A DNA stretch of 64,000 bases from a virus. Below, piece by piece: positions 19,927 to 30,378 of this stretch. The position numbers and the translations under genes are program-made. Each line of letters starts with the position of its first letter. Positions within the stretch are counted from its first letter, which is position 1. The stretch spans positions 1 through 64,000 of IMG/VR virus record IMGVR_UViG_3300037468_000183. The stretch is one strand, 5' to 3'. The notes under the pieces are model-generated. The model was not told where the DNA came from. It made no database searches and saw only the letters and a list, made by a program, of their open reading frames with translations.

Positions 19927-20535
19927 GTGAGCATCGCATTATGGGTTGCGTTACTCCTGGCTCCGCTGGCGCCGTTCCTGCCGGTGCCCTACACGGCTAT
20001 CGAATTGGTCTCAGCCAACATCCCCACCGCTGGGATATGTTTCAACGTGGCCTATGGTCTGGAACAAATCACGGGGGGCGACAGGCCGACATTTGAGCGC
20101 ACGGGGATACTGTTTCAGGCGCGAGCGGTGTGTTCAGCCGAGGATATTACACCCGTCGAGCCGTGGCACTCGATCAACGAGAAAGTCACATTGCCGGATG
20201 AGTTGACGTATTTAGATTTCCCGGAGTTTCTGGTGGTGGCCTGGACGGATCGGCGGAGCGGAACGCGCCAGGTACATTGGGCGAATGTCTGGAAAAGCGG
20301 GGAGTCGTATGGCATCTTCCGCGATATCGTTTCGGCGGCATACCCGCTCTCGTTTGCCCCGACCATCTGGCTGTCATCCAGTCCCAATTATCCGGGGCCA
20401 CGCTTGGAGATGGCAATCAGCGCCGTTGAGGCACAGCGGTTTCGGCTGATAACTACAGCAGATGGGCCGCACTGGATCGAAGCCTATGATCCGCCGCCGA
20501 CGTACATCTATTTGCCTGCTGTGAGGTTTCCGTGA
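19927..20535 (+). CDS. Secreted protein with C-terminal YIYLPAV motif
   Basis: Hydrophobic N-terminus; C-terminal PPPTYIYLPAVRFP. Confidence 0.65.
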   Translation: MSIALWVALLLAPLAPFLPVPYTAIELVSANIPTAGICFNVAYGLEQITGGDRPTFERTGILFQARAVCSAEDITPVEPWHSINEKVTLPDELTYLDFPEFLVVAWTDRRSGTRQVHWANVWKSGESYGIFRDIVSAAYPLSFAPTIWLSSSPNYPGPRLEMAISAVEAQRFRLITTADGPHWIEAYDPPPTYIYLPAVRFP

Positions 20536-20621
20536 AACGATACGCTGCACTCGTCGCCTTGCTGCTGGTTGCGCTGGCGCTGGTCGCGCTGGTCTTTGCT
20601 GCCTACGGCGAGGCGATCTGA
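20532..20621 (+). CDS. 29-aa hydrophobic peptide
   Basis: GTGA and TGATG overlaps with neighbours; MKRYAALVALLLVALALVALVFAAYGEAI. Confidence 0.45.
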   Translation: MKRYAALVALLLVALALVALVFAAYGEAI

Positions 20622-20923
20622 TGAGCACAAGCGATCAGTATTCGCCGGGTGTGCCGTTTGTGGCATCCGGACTTTGTCGAACGGAGGGCCGAGTGAATCT
20701 GTTACAGAGATTTGGCGAGCCGCGCGAACGTCTGCGCTCATGGTTGATCCGCACGCTCGCAGGTGACGTGCCGGTGATTCTCAACTGCCACATCACCGTA
20801 CCGACGACGTTGGCACATCCGGGCTTGTACGTCGACAATCGGCGCGCCATCATCGTGTTGTCCGACATTGCCAGCAGTGACGAAATGTGGAGTAAGGCGC
20901 ATGGCGTCATCGAAACCGACTGA
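20621..20923 (+). CDS. Hypothetical protein
   Basis: Coupled ORF. Confidence 0.5.
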   Translation: MSTSDQYSPGVPFVASGLCRTEGRVNLLQRFGEPRERLRSWLIRTLAGDVPVILNCHITVPTTLAHPGLYVDNRRAIIVLSDIASSDEMWSKAHGVIETD

Positions 20924-21134
20924 GGCCATCATAGCCGCGGCTGATGGTGACTTTGCCGATCCCGCCACCTGGAGCCGCGTGCTCACGTGCACAGTCTGCG
21001 GATTGCCCTGGGCGCGCATCCAGGACGGTCAGATCATCGTAATCTCTCGCCATCACGGCGAGCAACACACCAACAGTACGCCCCTGTGCGTCACGCCCAA
21101 CGAGGACGCGACGCATGGCGACAATCGTAGCTGA
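20901..21134 (+). CDS. Small Zn-binding protein
   Basis: CTVCG...HHGEQH. Confidence 0.5.
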   Translation: MASSKPTEAIIAAADGDFADPATWSRVLTCTVCGLPWARIQDGQIIVISRHHGEQHTNSTPLCVTPNEDATHGDNRS

Positions 21135-22518
21135 CAGCAGCGGAAATTTCAGCGCCACAGGCACCTGGACGGGCGACGCTGTCCCCGGCGAAAACGATGT
21201 GGCGCAGACCGGCGCCTACACCGTCACCATCGACGCCGACATTACCTGCACGCGCATCGAAGCCACATCGAGCGGCCACTTCGAGGTCACGACGGGCGGC
21301 ATTACGATCAATGCGGCAGTGACACACGCCGGCAGTTATGCCACGAATGGCGCCTTGCGCTGCACGCATACCACCGGCACGGTTACGGTCAATGGCGCGG
21401 TGACAGGCGGCGGCACAAATGCGCACGGCATCGGCAATGGCGCCGCGGGCACGCTCACGGTCATCGGTAACATTACCGGCGGAAGCGCGGGGCATGGCAT
21501 CCGCAACATCTCCACAGGCACCGTCAACGTCGGTTCAGTGGGCACGCCGACGACGATTCAAGGCGGAGCCAGCGGTTATGGGTTTTCCAACGTGTCCACC
21601 GGCACCGTCAACATCATCGGCAATGCCATTGGCGGGAGCAGCCTAACCGGCCATGGTGTATACAATGGCTCTACGGCAACCATCACCATCACAGGCAACG
21701 TCACAGGCGGCAGCTATAATGCAGCCTATGGCGCTTACAACAATGCCGGGGGGACGATCAACATTTCCGGCGATGCCACAGGCGGGTCAGTAGCCGGTTC
21801 AGCCGGAACCTACAATTACAGTACCGGCACAGTCACCGTTAATCGGGCCATTGGTGGCACGGGAGCCTATGGACTCTACGGCGAAAACTCTGGCGGCACG
21901 ACCACCTACAAGCGCACCGGCTCGCAGGCCAACGGCTGGGGCGCACTCGGCGGCTACTGCAAGATGGTGGTTGACGCGGACTACAATGTGATTGTCGTTA
22001 AGGACTCGGCGGGCAATGACGTGAGCATGAGCAACGACTATCCGGCAGCGGCGAAGGTCATCGATGACACGACCTACAACCGCACGACGCAGGTCGGCAC
22101 CTATCACGCGGCGGGTGCGGGCGAGGTGCTGGACTCCGCCGTGTTCGGCGCAGCCAGTGGCACCGCGGGCACTTACCACGCGCCTGATGCGGGCGAGGTT
22201 ACGTCTAACGCCGCCTTCGGCATCAGCAGCGGCACATCGGGCACCTACCACCGCCCGGAAACCGCTGAGGTCATCGACTCAGCCACGTTCGGCATTACTG
22301 GCGCCCAGACCGGCACCGTGCATCTGCCGAGCGCGGCTGAGGTCATCGACACGGCGGTCTTCGGCGCGGCATCCGGCACGGCTGGCACGTTTGCGATTCC
22401 CGCCGAAGCAGACGTGGAGAGTGGCGTACAGTACGGCGCGGGCGGTACGGAGTTCACGGGCGAACTCGTTGCGGGTGTTGGCGGTGGCGGCGGCTTCTTT
22501 CCGCCGCCGTTCAGCTAA
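21115..22518 (+). CDS. Gly-rich beta-helix tail fibre/spike-like protein
   Basis: Repeated GTVTVNG.VTGG..AHG units; C-terminal 26-aa repeats GTYH.P.A.EV...A.FG. Confidence 0.7.
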   Translation: MATIVADSSGNFSATGTWTGDAVPGENDVAQTGAYTVTIDADITCTRIEATSSGHFEVTTGGITINAAVTHAGSYATNGALRCTHTTGTVTVNGAVTGGGTNAHGIGNGAAGTLTVIGNITGGSAGHGIRNISTGTVNVGSVGTPTTIQGGASGYGFSNVSTGTVNIIGNAIGGSSLTGHGVYNGSTATITITGNVTGGSYNAAYGAYNNAGGTINISGDATGGSVAGSAGTYNYSTGTVTVNRAIGGTGAYGLYGENSGGTTTYKRTGSQANGWGALGGYCKMVVDADYNVIVVKDSAGNDVSMSNDYPAAAKVIDDTTYNRTTQVGTYHAAGAGEVLDSAVFGAASGTAGTYHAPDAGEVTSNAAFGISSGTSGTYHRPETAEVIDSATFGITGAQTGTVHLPSAAEVIDTAVFGAASGTAGTFAIPAEADVESGVQYGAGGTEFTGELVAGVGGGGGFFPPPFS

Positions 22519-22541
22519 TCTCATTCTAGGAGAGCTATCCC

Positions 22542-22832
22542 ATGACATCGCAGAAGAAACTACAGTACATCAAGCAGGTCAAAGCCGCGGCTACGAAACT
22601 CGCGCAGGCCATCGAGGAATGTGACTCGCTGGTGGCGGTCTATACTGATCGTGGCTATGCAGAGAAGGGGTCTGATCCCATCATGGCTACCGACGCCGCG
22701 CGTGAGGAAATTACGCCGGAGCAGATCGCCTACTTCGTGGCGTTCGTCGGCGCATTGGACAGCATCGGCGCGACGATCCCGGAGTTGATGGGGTACTCTG
22801 CGTTGCTGAACACGCTGCGCACCGACAAATAA
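22542..22832 (+). CDS. Hypothetical protein
   Basis: AGGAG RBS. Confidence 0.65.
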   Translation: MTSQKKLQYIKQVKAAATKLAQAIEECDSLVAVYTDRGYAEKGSDPIMATDAAREEITPEQIAYFVAFVGALDSIGATIPELMGYSALLNTLRTDK

Positions 22833-22844
22833 TGAGGTAGCGCC

Positions 22845-25514
22845 ATGATCGTACTGCAAACTTCGACGCTCGCGAATCAGGATATTTCCGCTTATCTACT
22901 GGTGGACACATACACGGTCTTGGCAGACGAGATTGAGCTTCAGGTCTTCGTCGCCCTGGATCAGGTCGCGGGCGGCGGAAACTATAGTATCTATTTGACG
23001 CGGCAACTGGCGGGCGCGGGCGCGGCCTACATGCTACCCATCTCCACGGTTGCTGTGCCTGCCGCGCAGACGGCTATCGCGTTCCAGACGACAGGTGCGA
23101 TTCAGGCTGAGTATGATGACGTAATCAAGGTCTACGTCAAGGGTCTCGTTGGCGATACAGCGACCCCGGATATTGCGGTGCGCTGGTATGACGTTTCTAT
23201 GACCGCGGCTGGGATTGCCGGAGCGACGCGCACCGAACTCGCGACCGAGCTCGCGCTCCTCGTGACGGCATTGCCAGATAGCGCACCAGGCGCGGAAGGC
23301 GGCCTAACGCTGGCCGGCCCGCAAGGATTCGTCCAAGCAATTTCCGTGGGGTACGGCGACATGGATGGGTTGAGGAATCCTGTGGGCATCGAGGCTACCA
23401 CCGTGCCCGCGGATGTTGACAATGATACCGTGCTGATCCTGACGGATTTTATTGGCATGGCAGACGACTCATTCAAAAACTATATGGTCTTGACCGGCAA
23501 CCGCCACACCTATCGTGCGCTCGCGTTCAACGGCACGACGGGCGCGCTTACCATCTCGCCAGCAATGCAAGCGTTCGAGGCGGAGAGCGTGATGTTTCTG
23601 ATCCCCGCCATTGCTGGCAGCGATGGCGCTACGGCGGAAGAAGTCGCGGACGCGGTATGGGATGAGGTTGCCACCGGGCACACTTCCGCGGGCAAAGCCG
23701 GCGAGCAACTGTGGACAGACATGGACGCAGTGTTGGCGGATACGGCGGCTACTCGCCGGGCGCTGGTGCTCAACTCGACTACCATCGCGACCCTGGCGAC
23801 GCAGCTGTCATTCACGCTGACCGCGGGTGCGCCCGACAATTCCGCCTATCCGAAAGGTTCGGCCGTTGTCGTGCGCGATGCCACAACAGCATTGCAGCGT
23901 TGCGTTGGTATCCTGGAGACATACACCGGCGCGAGCAAGACCGTGACCCTGGAAGCCGATCCGGGCGTCTACACAATGGCCGCGGGTGACCTGGTGGATA
24001 TCATCGCCAGCACGCCGCTCCTGCAAGATATTGACGACGAAATCGATAACATCGAAGCGATGATTGGCAACATCGCCGTAACCGGCGCGCCGTCCTACAA
24101 AGCGGCCTCCTCGTTCACGATCACCGCGGCGAGCATCACCGAAACCAACACCTACGAGATGACCGACACGTCGAACGGCATCAATCACACGTTGACGCCA
24201 GCGAGCACCAGTGTCGATGGTTACTACGAATATCTACTTGGCGGCGATGAGGTCGCCACGTCTGTCGCTTTCAAGGGCCGACTCTACAGCAATCCGACCG
24301 CTTCCCGCACGTTCGTGATCCAGGCTTGGGACTGGGTAGCCGGTACGCCGGCTTGGGTGACACTGGAAACCATCAACGCCGTCAACACGGACGCCGCGGC
24401 GAATGATGTGGCACGCGCGCCGATCCTGGTCAGCAAATATACCGGCACAGGCGCGAACCTGGGCAAGGTGCATATCCACATCTACGGCACCGGCTTGACC
24501 ACCTCGACGCCGATCCGTATCGACCAACTGGTGGTCGGACGCGCCAACACGTCGCGCACGGTCGGTTACGCAGACGGCGCAGTCTGGCTCAACACCAACG
24601 CCACGGCCAACACCGGCACCGAGTCATATGTGGACGGCACGGCAGATCATCCGGTGACGACCATCGCCGCAGCCATCACGATTGCGGACGCGATGGGCCT
24701 GAAGCGCATCCGCATCGCCAACGGCTCGGCGGTCGAGTTGTCTGGCACCATTGCCAACAAGTCTTTGGTCGGTCGCAATTGGACGTTGGATTTGTCCGAT
24801 GAGGCGATTACCGGTGCGTACATCGAAGGCGCGACCATTTCCGGCATCTCCAGCGGTACGGATGCCGAGTTTGTCGATTGCCACTTTACGGGCACGGCGA
24901 CAGTCGGCGGCGGCGATTACTTCCGCTGCGGCTTCGGCGTTGTGACCTTCACCATGCTGGCGAGCAGCAGTTATAACTTCGTGGCCTGCTTCGATGACGA
25001 CCCGGACACGGCCACGAGTCCGATCTTCGTCTTTGCGGCTTCGGCGGTGGTCGGAGCGCGCAACTGGCGCGGCGCTTTCCAAGCCAACGCTATGGCGACC
25101 GGCAACAAGCTGACGCTCGACGGCGCGGGGCGGTTGGTCATCGGCAGCACCTCCGAGGGCGGCGCGATCACCATGCGGGGCTTCTTCGCACCCATCACCG
25201 GCGGGGGGGGCTTGCATACCGAAGCCGAGTTCGTCGCGCATGGCGGCTCACCGATTACGCAGACATCGCGCTTCGATACCGCCAACGTGGCCGACTCCAT
25301 ACTGGCACGCGACATCGGTTCTGGCACCGGGGCGGGCACATCCGAGGAGCGCACTGTACGGGCGGCGCTGCGCTTCCTGCGCAACAAGCGCGGTATCGCA
25401 GCGGGCACACTTACCGTCACAAAGGAAGACGACACGACCGCGGCATGGACGGCCGCAGTCACCACCAGCGCCGCGGCGGAACCCGTCACGGCTATCGACC
25501 CAGCCGGGCCTTGA
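22845..25514 (+). CDS. Large mosaic virion structural protein
   Basis: 889 aa Ala/Thr-rich; AEEVADAVWDE, DGTADHPVTTIAAA, KEDDTTAAWT modules typical of phage minor structural proteins. Confidence 0.7.
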   Translation: MIVLQTSTLANQDISAYLLVDTYTVLADEIELQVFVALDQVAGGGNYSIYLTRQLAGAGAAYMLPISTVAVPAAQTAIAFQTTGAIQAEYDDVIKVYVKGLVGDTATPDIAVRWYDVSMTAAGIAGATRTELATELALLVTALPDSAPGAEGGLTLAGPQGFVQAISVGYGDMDGLRNPVGIEATTVPADVDNDTVLILTDFIGMADDSFKNYMVLTGNRHTYRALAFNGTTGALTISPAMQAFEAESVMFLIPAIAGSDGATAEEVADAVWDEVATGHTSAGKAGEQLWTDMDAVLADTAATRRALVLNSTTIATLATQLSFTLTAGAPDNSAYPKGSAVVVRDATTALQRCVGILETYTGASKTVTLEADPGVYTMAAGDLVDIIASTPLLQDIDDEIDNIEAMIGNIAVTGAPSYKAASSFTITAASITETNTYEMTDTSNGINHTLTPASTSVDGYYEYLLGGDEVATSVAFKGRLYSNPTASRTFVIQAWDWVAGTPAWVTLETINAVNTDAAANDVARAPILVSKYTGTGANLGKVHIHIYGTGLTTSTPIRIDQLVVGRANTSRTVGYADGAVWLNTNATANTGTESYVDGTADHPVTTIAAAITIADAMGLKRIRIANGSAVELSGTIANKSLVGRNWTLDLSDEAITGAYIEGATISGISSGTDAEFVDCHFTGTATVGGGDYFRCGFGVVTFTMLASSSYNFVACFDDDPDTATSPIFVFAASAVVGARNWRGAFQANAMATGNKLTLDGAGRLVIGSTSEGGAITMRGFFAPITGGGGLHTEAEFVAHGGSPITQTSRFDTANVADSILARDIGSGTGAGTSEERTVRAALRFLRNKRGIAAGTLTVTKEDDTTAAWTAAVTTSAAAEPVTAIDPAGP

Positions 25515-25533
25515 CCCATAGGAGAGGATTATC

Positions 25534-26019
25534 ATGGCAGCAGCAGTTTCAATCCGGGTGTACACTGGCGCAGACGCCGCCACACAGAGCGACGCCGTTA
25601 CCGGCATCGACTTTCTCAGTGCCGACAACGCCACCAACAGCACGGCCAACCGTGCCGCTTTCCCGATCACGGCGGGTACGCGCAGCTACGAGAAGTGGAT
25701 CCGGGCTTACGTCGATACCGCCGCCGACAACTACGTCTCGACGTTCCAACTGTGGGGCGACGGCGCGGTGCAGGCTTCGACTGTGCTCTACGTCGGGAAG
25801 ACCGCGACGGGCGTCACGCCGACGACCACGACCAGCGCCGTCGCGACCAATACCTGGGTGACGTACACCAGCACGAGCAAGTTCGCCTGGCACGCCACGA
25901 ACATGACGGGCGTCGGTAGCACGAGCGACGCGGCAGTCCTGCAACTTTTGGCAAATGCGGATGCAGCCGCCGGCAACTGGACTCAAGAGACGGTCAACTA
26001 CAGTTTCAACGAAGCCTAA
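25534..26019 (+). CDS. Putative structural protein
   Basis: Strong RBS; Thr-rich; RSYEKWIR. Confidence 0.65.
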   Translation: MAAAVSIRVYTGADAATQSDAVTGIDFLSADNATNSTANRAAFPITAGTRSYEKWIRAYVDTAADNYVSTFQLWGDGAVQASTVLYVGKTATGVTPTTTTSAVATNTWVTYTSTSKFAWHATNMTGVGSTSDAAVLQLLANADAAAGNWTQETVNYSFNEA

Positions 26020-26040
26020 TTGCACGAAAGGGGCAATTCA

Positions 26041-27369
26041 ATGCAGTTACCACAAACGACCGTCTTTGGCGTCAGCACGCTCCAATCCTGGGGCGACCTG
26101 GCGCTATGGGAGCTATTCCTGAACGACCACCCCGATCTCAAATGCATCATCGAGATTGGGACGTATGCGGGCGGCCTGGCGCTATTCCTACAGCAGCAGG
26201 CCGCCGCGCGCGGGATGCGTTTCACGACCTGCGACAACGAACGCTATCCAAGCGCGGCTATCGAGAGACTGGAAGATAACTTCATTCTGGGCGACGCGCT
26301 AACGCATGATCTGATTCGTGAGGCGCTGGAAAATCCAGACAACCATCCGCTGCTGGTCTACTGCGACGGCGGCGACAAGCCTGCCGAGTTTGCGCACTTC
26401 GTGCCACTCCTCCAACCCGGCGACTTCATCGGCGTCCATGACTACGGCAGCGAGTTCACGGATGTGCACGCGGAGCAATTCGCAGACAGCCTGCGTCCTG
26501 CCGCCGTCGAGCGCCATCGGCAAGCCAAGAGCTTGACGCGCTTCTATCGGCGCGTCGCGCAGGATGGGTGGGGTAGCATCGGCGTGGGCGTGCGCATCTC
26601 CAAATATCCTGAGCCGGCGTTTTTCTGCGCGTGGACGGCGCTGCTCACGGGCGGCTTACACCGTGAGGACACGGTGCTACTTCCTGCGACGCATATGCCC
26701 GCGCATTGGGCCGCCGACGCCCTGGTGCGCGAGTTCATCAAATCCGGGCGCGATACGCTGCTCCTGGTGGATGACGACATGACTTTCACACCGGACGCGC
26801 TGAAGACCTTGCGCGAGCACGCAGCCAACTGGCCATACGATATTGTCACCGCTGTCGCCACGCATCGCTCTTGGCCGCCAACGCCGGTCATCATGCAATT
26901 GCAAGAGCAACCCAGTGGCCCGGAATCCCGCAAAGGCGAGTTCTTCAGGACGATCTCGGACTGGACACCGGGCGAGGTGGTGCCCGTGGATGCCTGCGGT
27001 TTGGCCTTCACGCTGATTCGGCGCAACGTGCTAACCGAGATGGCCGACAAAGCCTACAATCTCGATCTCAATTACTGGTTTCACTATGGGCCGGGCAATG
27101 AGAGCGACGACATTCCTTTCTGTCGCCGGGCGCGCAACATGGGCTTCCGGCTCGGCGTCGATACGTCCATCGAGCTTGGGCATATCGCCGCTGTGCCATT
27201 GACCGCCGAAAACTGGCGCGGCTTCCAGTCCCAACGCGCGCTGGTCAAAGATGGTTATCGGGCCGATGTGGACGGCGACCGGCTGGCCGCGGTCCTGCGT
27301 GAGGCGTTACCAAACTTGACCGAGCACAAGGCCGACGCCGAAAAGCTCCTGGAGGTGATTCGTGCCTGA
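26041..27369 (+). CDS. Fusion of class I SAM methyltransferase (CmcI/Methyltransf_24-like) and GT-A glycosyltransferase
   Basis: IIEIGTYAGG, YCDGG, GVHDY; then LLVDDDM, ACGLAFTLIRR, ESDDIPFC, LGHI. Confidence 0.82.
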   Translation: MQLPQTTVFGVSTLQSWGDLALWELFLNDHPDLKCIIEIGTYAGGLALFLQQQAAARGMRFTTCDNERYPSAAIERLEDNFILGDALTHDLIREALENPDNHPLLVYCDGGDKPAEFAHFVPLLQPGDFIGVHDYGSEFTDVHAEQFADSLRPAAVERHRQAKSLTRFYRRVAQDGWGSIGVGVRISKYPEPAFFCAWTALLTGGLHREDTVLLPATHMPAHWAADALVREFIKSGRDTLLLVDDDMTFTPDALKTLREHAANWPYDIVTAVATHRSWPPTPVIMQLQEQPSGPESRKGEFFRTISDWTPGEVVPVDACGLAFTLIRRNVLTEMADKAYNLDLNYWFHYGPGNESDDIPFCRRARNMGFRLGVDTSIELGHIAAVPLTAENWRGFQSQRALVKDGYRADVDGDRLAAVLREALPNLTEHKADAEKLLEVIRA

Positions 27370-27730
27370 GTATTTGTACGATATCGCCATCGAAGCACCG
27401 GACGGTCAGATCAAGATCGATTGGGGCCATACGCCTGGTTGGATGGAGACGCACCGCGCTTTGCTCGACACGGCGGAGCGCGTCAGTCTGCTACCCAAAG
27501 ACCCCGCTGTAGGACTACCGCTCATCTCGACGCAACTGCAACCCGGTCAACGGTGGGTGCTGTTCAGCCGTGTCTACGGACAAGTGACGGGGGGCCAACA
27601 AGTGCGCTTGTATTGCATTGGTTGGCAACAGACGATTGGCGGTAAGAGCGTCAAGGCGCTCACCTGGGTCTATCCAAACGGTGTGATCGAAAACGGCAAC
27701 GAGCCGACTTACTGGCTCAACTTTCTCTAG
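27362..27730 (+). CDS. Hypothetical protein
   Basis: GGAGG RBS, overlaps upstream gene. Confidence 0.65.
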   Translation: MPEYLYDIAIEAPDGQIKIDWGHTPGWMETHRALLDTAERVSLLPKDPAVGLPLISTQLQPGQRWVLFSRVYGQVTGGQQVRLYCIGWQQTIGGKSVKALTWVYPNGVIENGNEPTYWLNFL

Positions 27731-27837
27731 CCAAAGGCGCGGCAATCCCATGTCGTGCTGAGGTGCGCAATGGCAACGAATCCAATCACGATGCAATTTA
27801 ACAACCGAATAGTTGCGGCTGTTCTGGACGGGCGGCC

Positions 27838-30378
27838 ATGAGCGAGGGCTTGTTAGACCTGCTCGGTCTCGGTCTTGGCCTGGGCGTACCGCAGGAAGTC
27901 GGCTCTATCACCGCGGATGCGATTCTGCAACGGGCGCGCAGCGGATCGATAACCGCCTCTGCCGTTATCGGCAAGGCGCAAACGGGTAGCGTCACGAGCG
28001 CGGCGATTATCCTCAGCGCGACCGCAAGCAACATCACCGCCGATGCTGTTATTGTCAGCGCGGAGCAGGAACGCACCGGCAGCATCACGGCTGATGCAAT
28101 CCTCGTAACGAGCAAGGTTGCCAGCGTCACAGCCAGCGCCGTCCTGCTACGTGGTCGGACTGGCAGCGTAACCGCCTCGGCAATCATCGGTAAGGCTCAA
28201 TCTTCCAGCATCACTGGCGATGCGATCCTGCTCCGAGAGCGTAGCGGATCAATCACCGCCGATGCGGTTCTGGTCAAGGCGCAAACTTCCAGCATCACGG
28301 CCAGCGCGATTATCATTCGCGGTCAGTCTGCCGCATTGACCACCGACGCGGTTATTGTGCGGGCGCAGGCATCCGCACTTACCAGCGATGCGACAATCCA
28401 GAACGCCATTGCAAGCGGCATCACGGCCAGCGCCGTTATTCTGCGCGCACGTGCGAGCACCTTCACAACTGACGCCATTCTCCAGACGCTCCGCAGTGGC
28501 AGTATCACCGGCGACGCGACGATCTTCAAGGCGCAGGCGGGCAGTGTTACGGCGGATGCTTACATTGTCACATCGGGCGCGCAAGCCATTACGGCCTATG
28601 CCGTAATTCAGCAGGCACGCAGCGCCAGCATAACCGCCGCTGCCTACATCGTTTGGACGCAGGCGACCAGTCTGACTGCGGATGCGGTCTTGCTCAAGAC
28701 GCAGGTCGGGGCCATCACCGGCGCGGCAATCATTCGGCAGGCGCGGGCGTCCAGCATCACGGCGGACGCTACGTTACAGTCTGTCCGCACCAGCAGCGTC
28801 ACAGCGAACGCGGTTATCATTGGCGCGCAGGCAACAGTATTTAGCGTCGATGCGATAATCCTGCGACTCCGGTCAAGCAGCATCACCGCCGATGCTGTGG
28901 TTCAGAGTCGCGTTGACCGCGCCATAACCGCGGACGGCGTTATTCAGGCGGCGCGTTCGACCAGCATCACGGCGGACGCCGTTATCGACAGGACAGGCTC
29001 CGGGGCGCTGACCGCGGATGCCGTGATTCGCAGCGCACGGACTGGCGCAGTCACCGCTGACGCCGTACTACATAAGACGCAGGCGACAAGCATCGCCGCC
29101 GATGCCGTAATCTGGAAAGCTCGCTCAAGCACTTTTACAACCGACGCCATCCTGCTCCGGCAGCGCAGCGGACAAGCCAACGCCGACGCCACGATCTTCC
29201 GCACACAGAGCGGTAGCATCACCGCAGACGCGTATATCAGCACGACGGGCGGGCAGGCGGTTACAGCCGATGCGGTGATTCAACGCGAACGCACCGGCGC
29301 GGTGACTGCGGACGCGTTTATCATTACGGCGCAAGCGGGGAGCCTCACGGCAAACGCCGCGGTGCAGGTCGCGCGTGCGGCTTCGGTCACTGCGGATGCT
29401 GTAATCCAGGGCGCACGCACCGACGGCATCGCGGCACAAGCGACGATTCGGACGGCGCGCACTTCCAGCGTTAGCGCGGATGCCGTCATTCGCCAGGCGC
29501 AGAGCGGCTCCTTCACCAGCGACGCGGTTCTGACGGCGACACGCACCGAGCAGATTGCGGCGGAAGCAGTCATCGCTCAGACTCGCACCGGCAGCATCAC
29601 AGTAGATGCTGTCCTCGGCAGGGTGCGCACTGGAAGTGCGACAGCCGAAGCCGTCCTGCTACGGACACAGGCCAGCACTTTTACAGCCGACGCCTATATC
29701 ATCACGACTGGCGGGCAGGCCATCACCGCCGCCGCCGTCATCTTGCGCGCACAAACGGGCAGCATCACGGCGGGCGCGTTCATCGTCACGCCACGCACCG
29801 GCAGCATCACCGCCGACGCGCTAGTGTTGGTCGGACGCTCAGGCAGCGTCACCGCGCAGGCTGTGGTACGGCAGACCAACGCCGGCAGCATCGTGGCGCA
29901 AGCAACGATTCAGACGGCGCGGGCGGGCAGTGTCACGGCGAACGCACTCCTGCAACAAACACGCACCGGCAGCATCGCCGCTGATGCCTTCTTGCAGGTG
30001 CTACACGTCGCCAGCATCGCAGCGCAGGCTGTGGTTAAGGCGACTCAGACGGGTGCAATCTCTGCCGCGGCCAGCATCGCGCAACCGCGGGCGGGCAGTG
30101 TCACGGCTTCCGCCTACATCGTGTATGCCGGCATCCGGGATATCTCAGCCGATGCCGTCATTCTCCGCGCGCGCAGCGGTAGTCTCACGGCGCAAGCTGT
30201 GGTGCGTGGAACACAGGCCGGCAGTCTGACTGCCGATGCACGCATTCTAAGCGGTCTGACGCCAGCGTGCCGCATCTATGACGTGCCCGCCGAAGATCGC
30301 ATATTCGAGGTGGCAGCAGAGGATCGCACGTATGACGTGGCGGCAGAAGACAGAATCTACGAGGTGCAATGTGGGTGA
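27838..30378 (+). CDS. Long repetitive fibre-like protein (16-17 aa repeats)
   Basis: Roughly 45-50 copies of (R/Q)(T/S)GSITADAVI; three C-terminal AEDRxYEV-like repeats. Confidence 0.75.
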   Translation: MSEGLLDLLGLGLGLGVPQEVGSITADAILQRARSGSITASAVIGKAQTGSVTSAAIILSATASNITADAVIVSAEQERTGSITADAILVTSKVASVTASAVLLRGRTGSVTASAIIGKAQSSSITGDAILLRERSGSITADAVLVKAQTSSITASAIIIRGQSAALTTDAVIVRAQASALTSDATIQNAIASGITASAVILRARASTFTTDAILQTLRSGSITGDATIFKAQAGSVTADAYIVTSGAQAITAYAVIQQARSASITAAAYIVWTQATSLTADAVLLKTQVGAITGAAIIRQARASSITADATLQSVRTSSVTANAVIIGAQATVFSVDAIILRLRSSSITADAVVQSRVDRAITADGVIQAARSTSITADAVIDRTGSGALTADAVIRSARTGAVTADAVLHKTQATSIAADAVIWKARSSTFTTDAILLRQRSGQANADATIFRTQSGSITADAYISTTGGQAVTADAVIQRERTGAVTADAFIITAQAGSLTANAAVQVARAASVTADAVIQGARTDGIAAQATIRTARTSSVSADAVIRQAQSGSFTSDAVLTATRTEQIAAEAVIAQTRTGSITVDAVLGRVRTGSATAEAVLLRTQASTFTADAYIITTGGQAITAAAVILRAQTGSITAGAFIVTPRTGSITADALVLVGRSGSVTAQAVVRQTNAGSIVAQATIQTARAGSVTANALLQQTRTGSIAADAFLQVLHVASIAAQAVVKATQTGAISAAASIAQPRAGSVTASAYIVYAGIRDISADAVILRARSGSLTAQAVVRGTQAGSLTADARILSGLTPACRIYDVPAEDRIFEVAAEDRTYDVAAEDRIYEVQCG

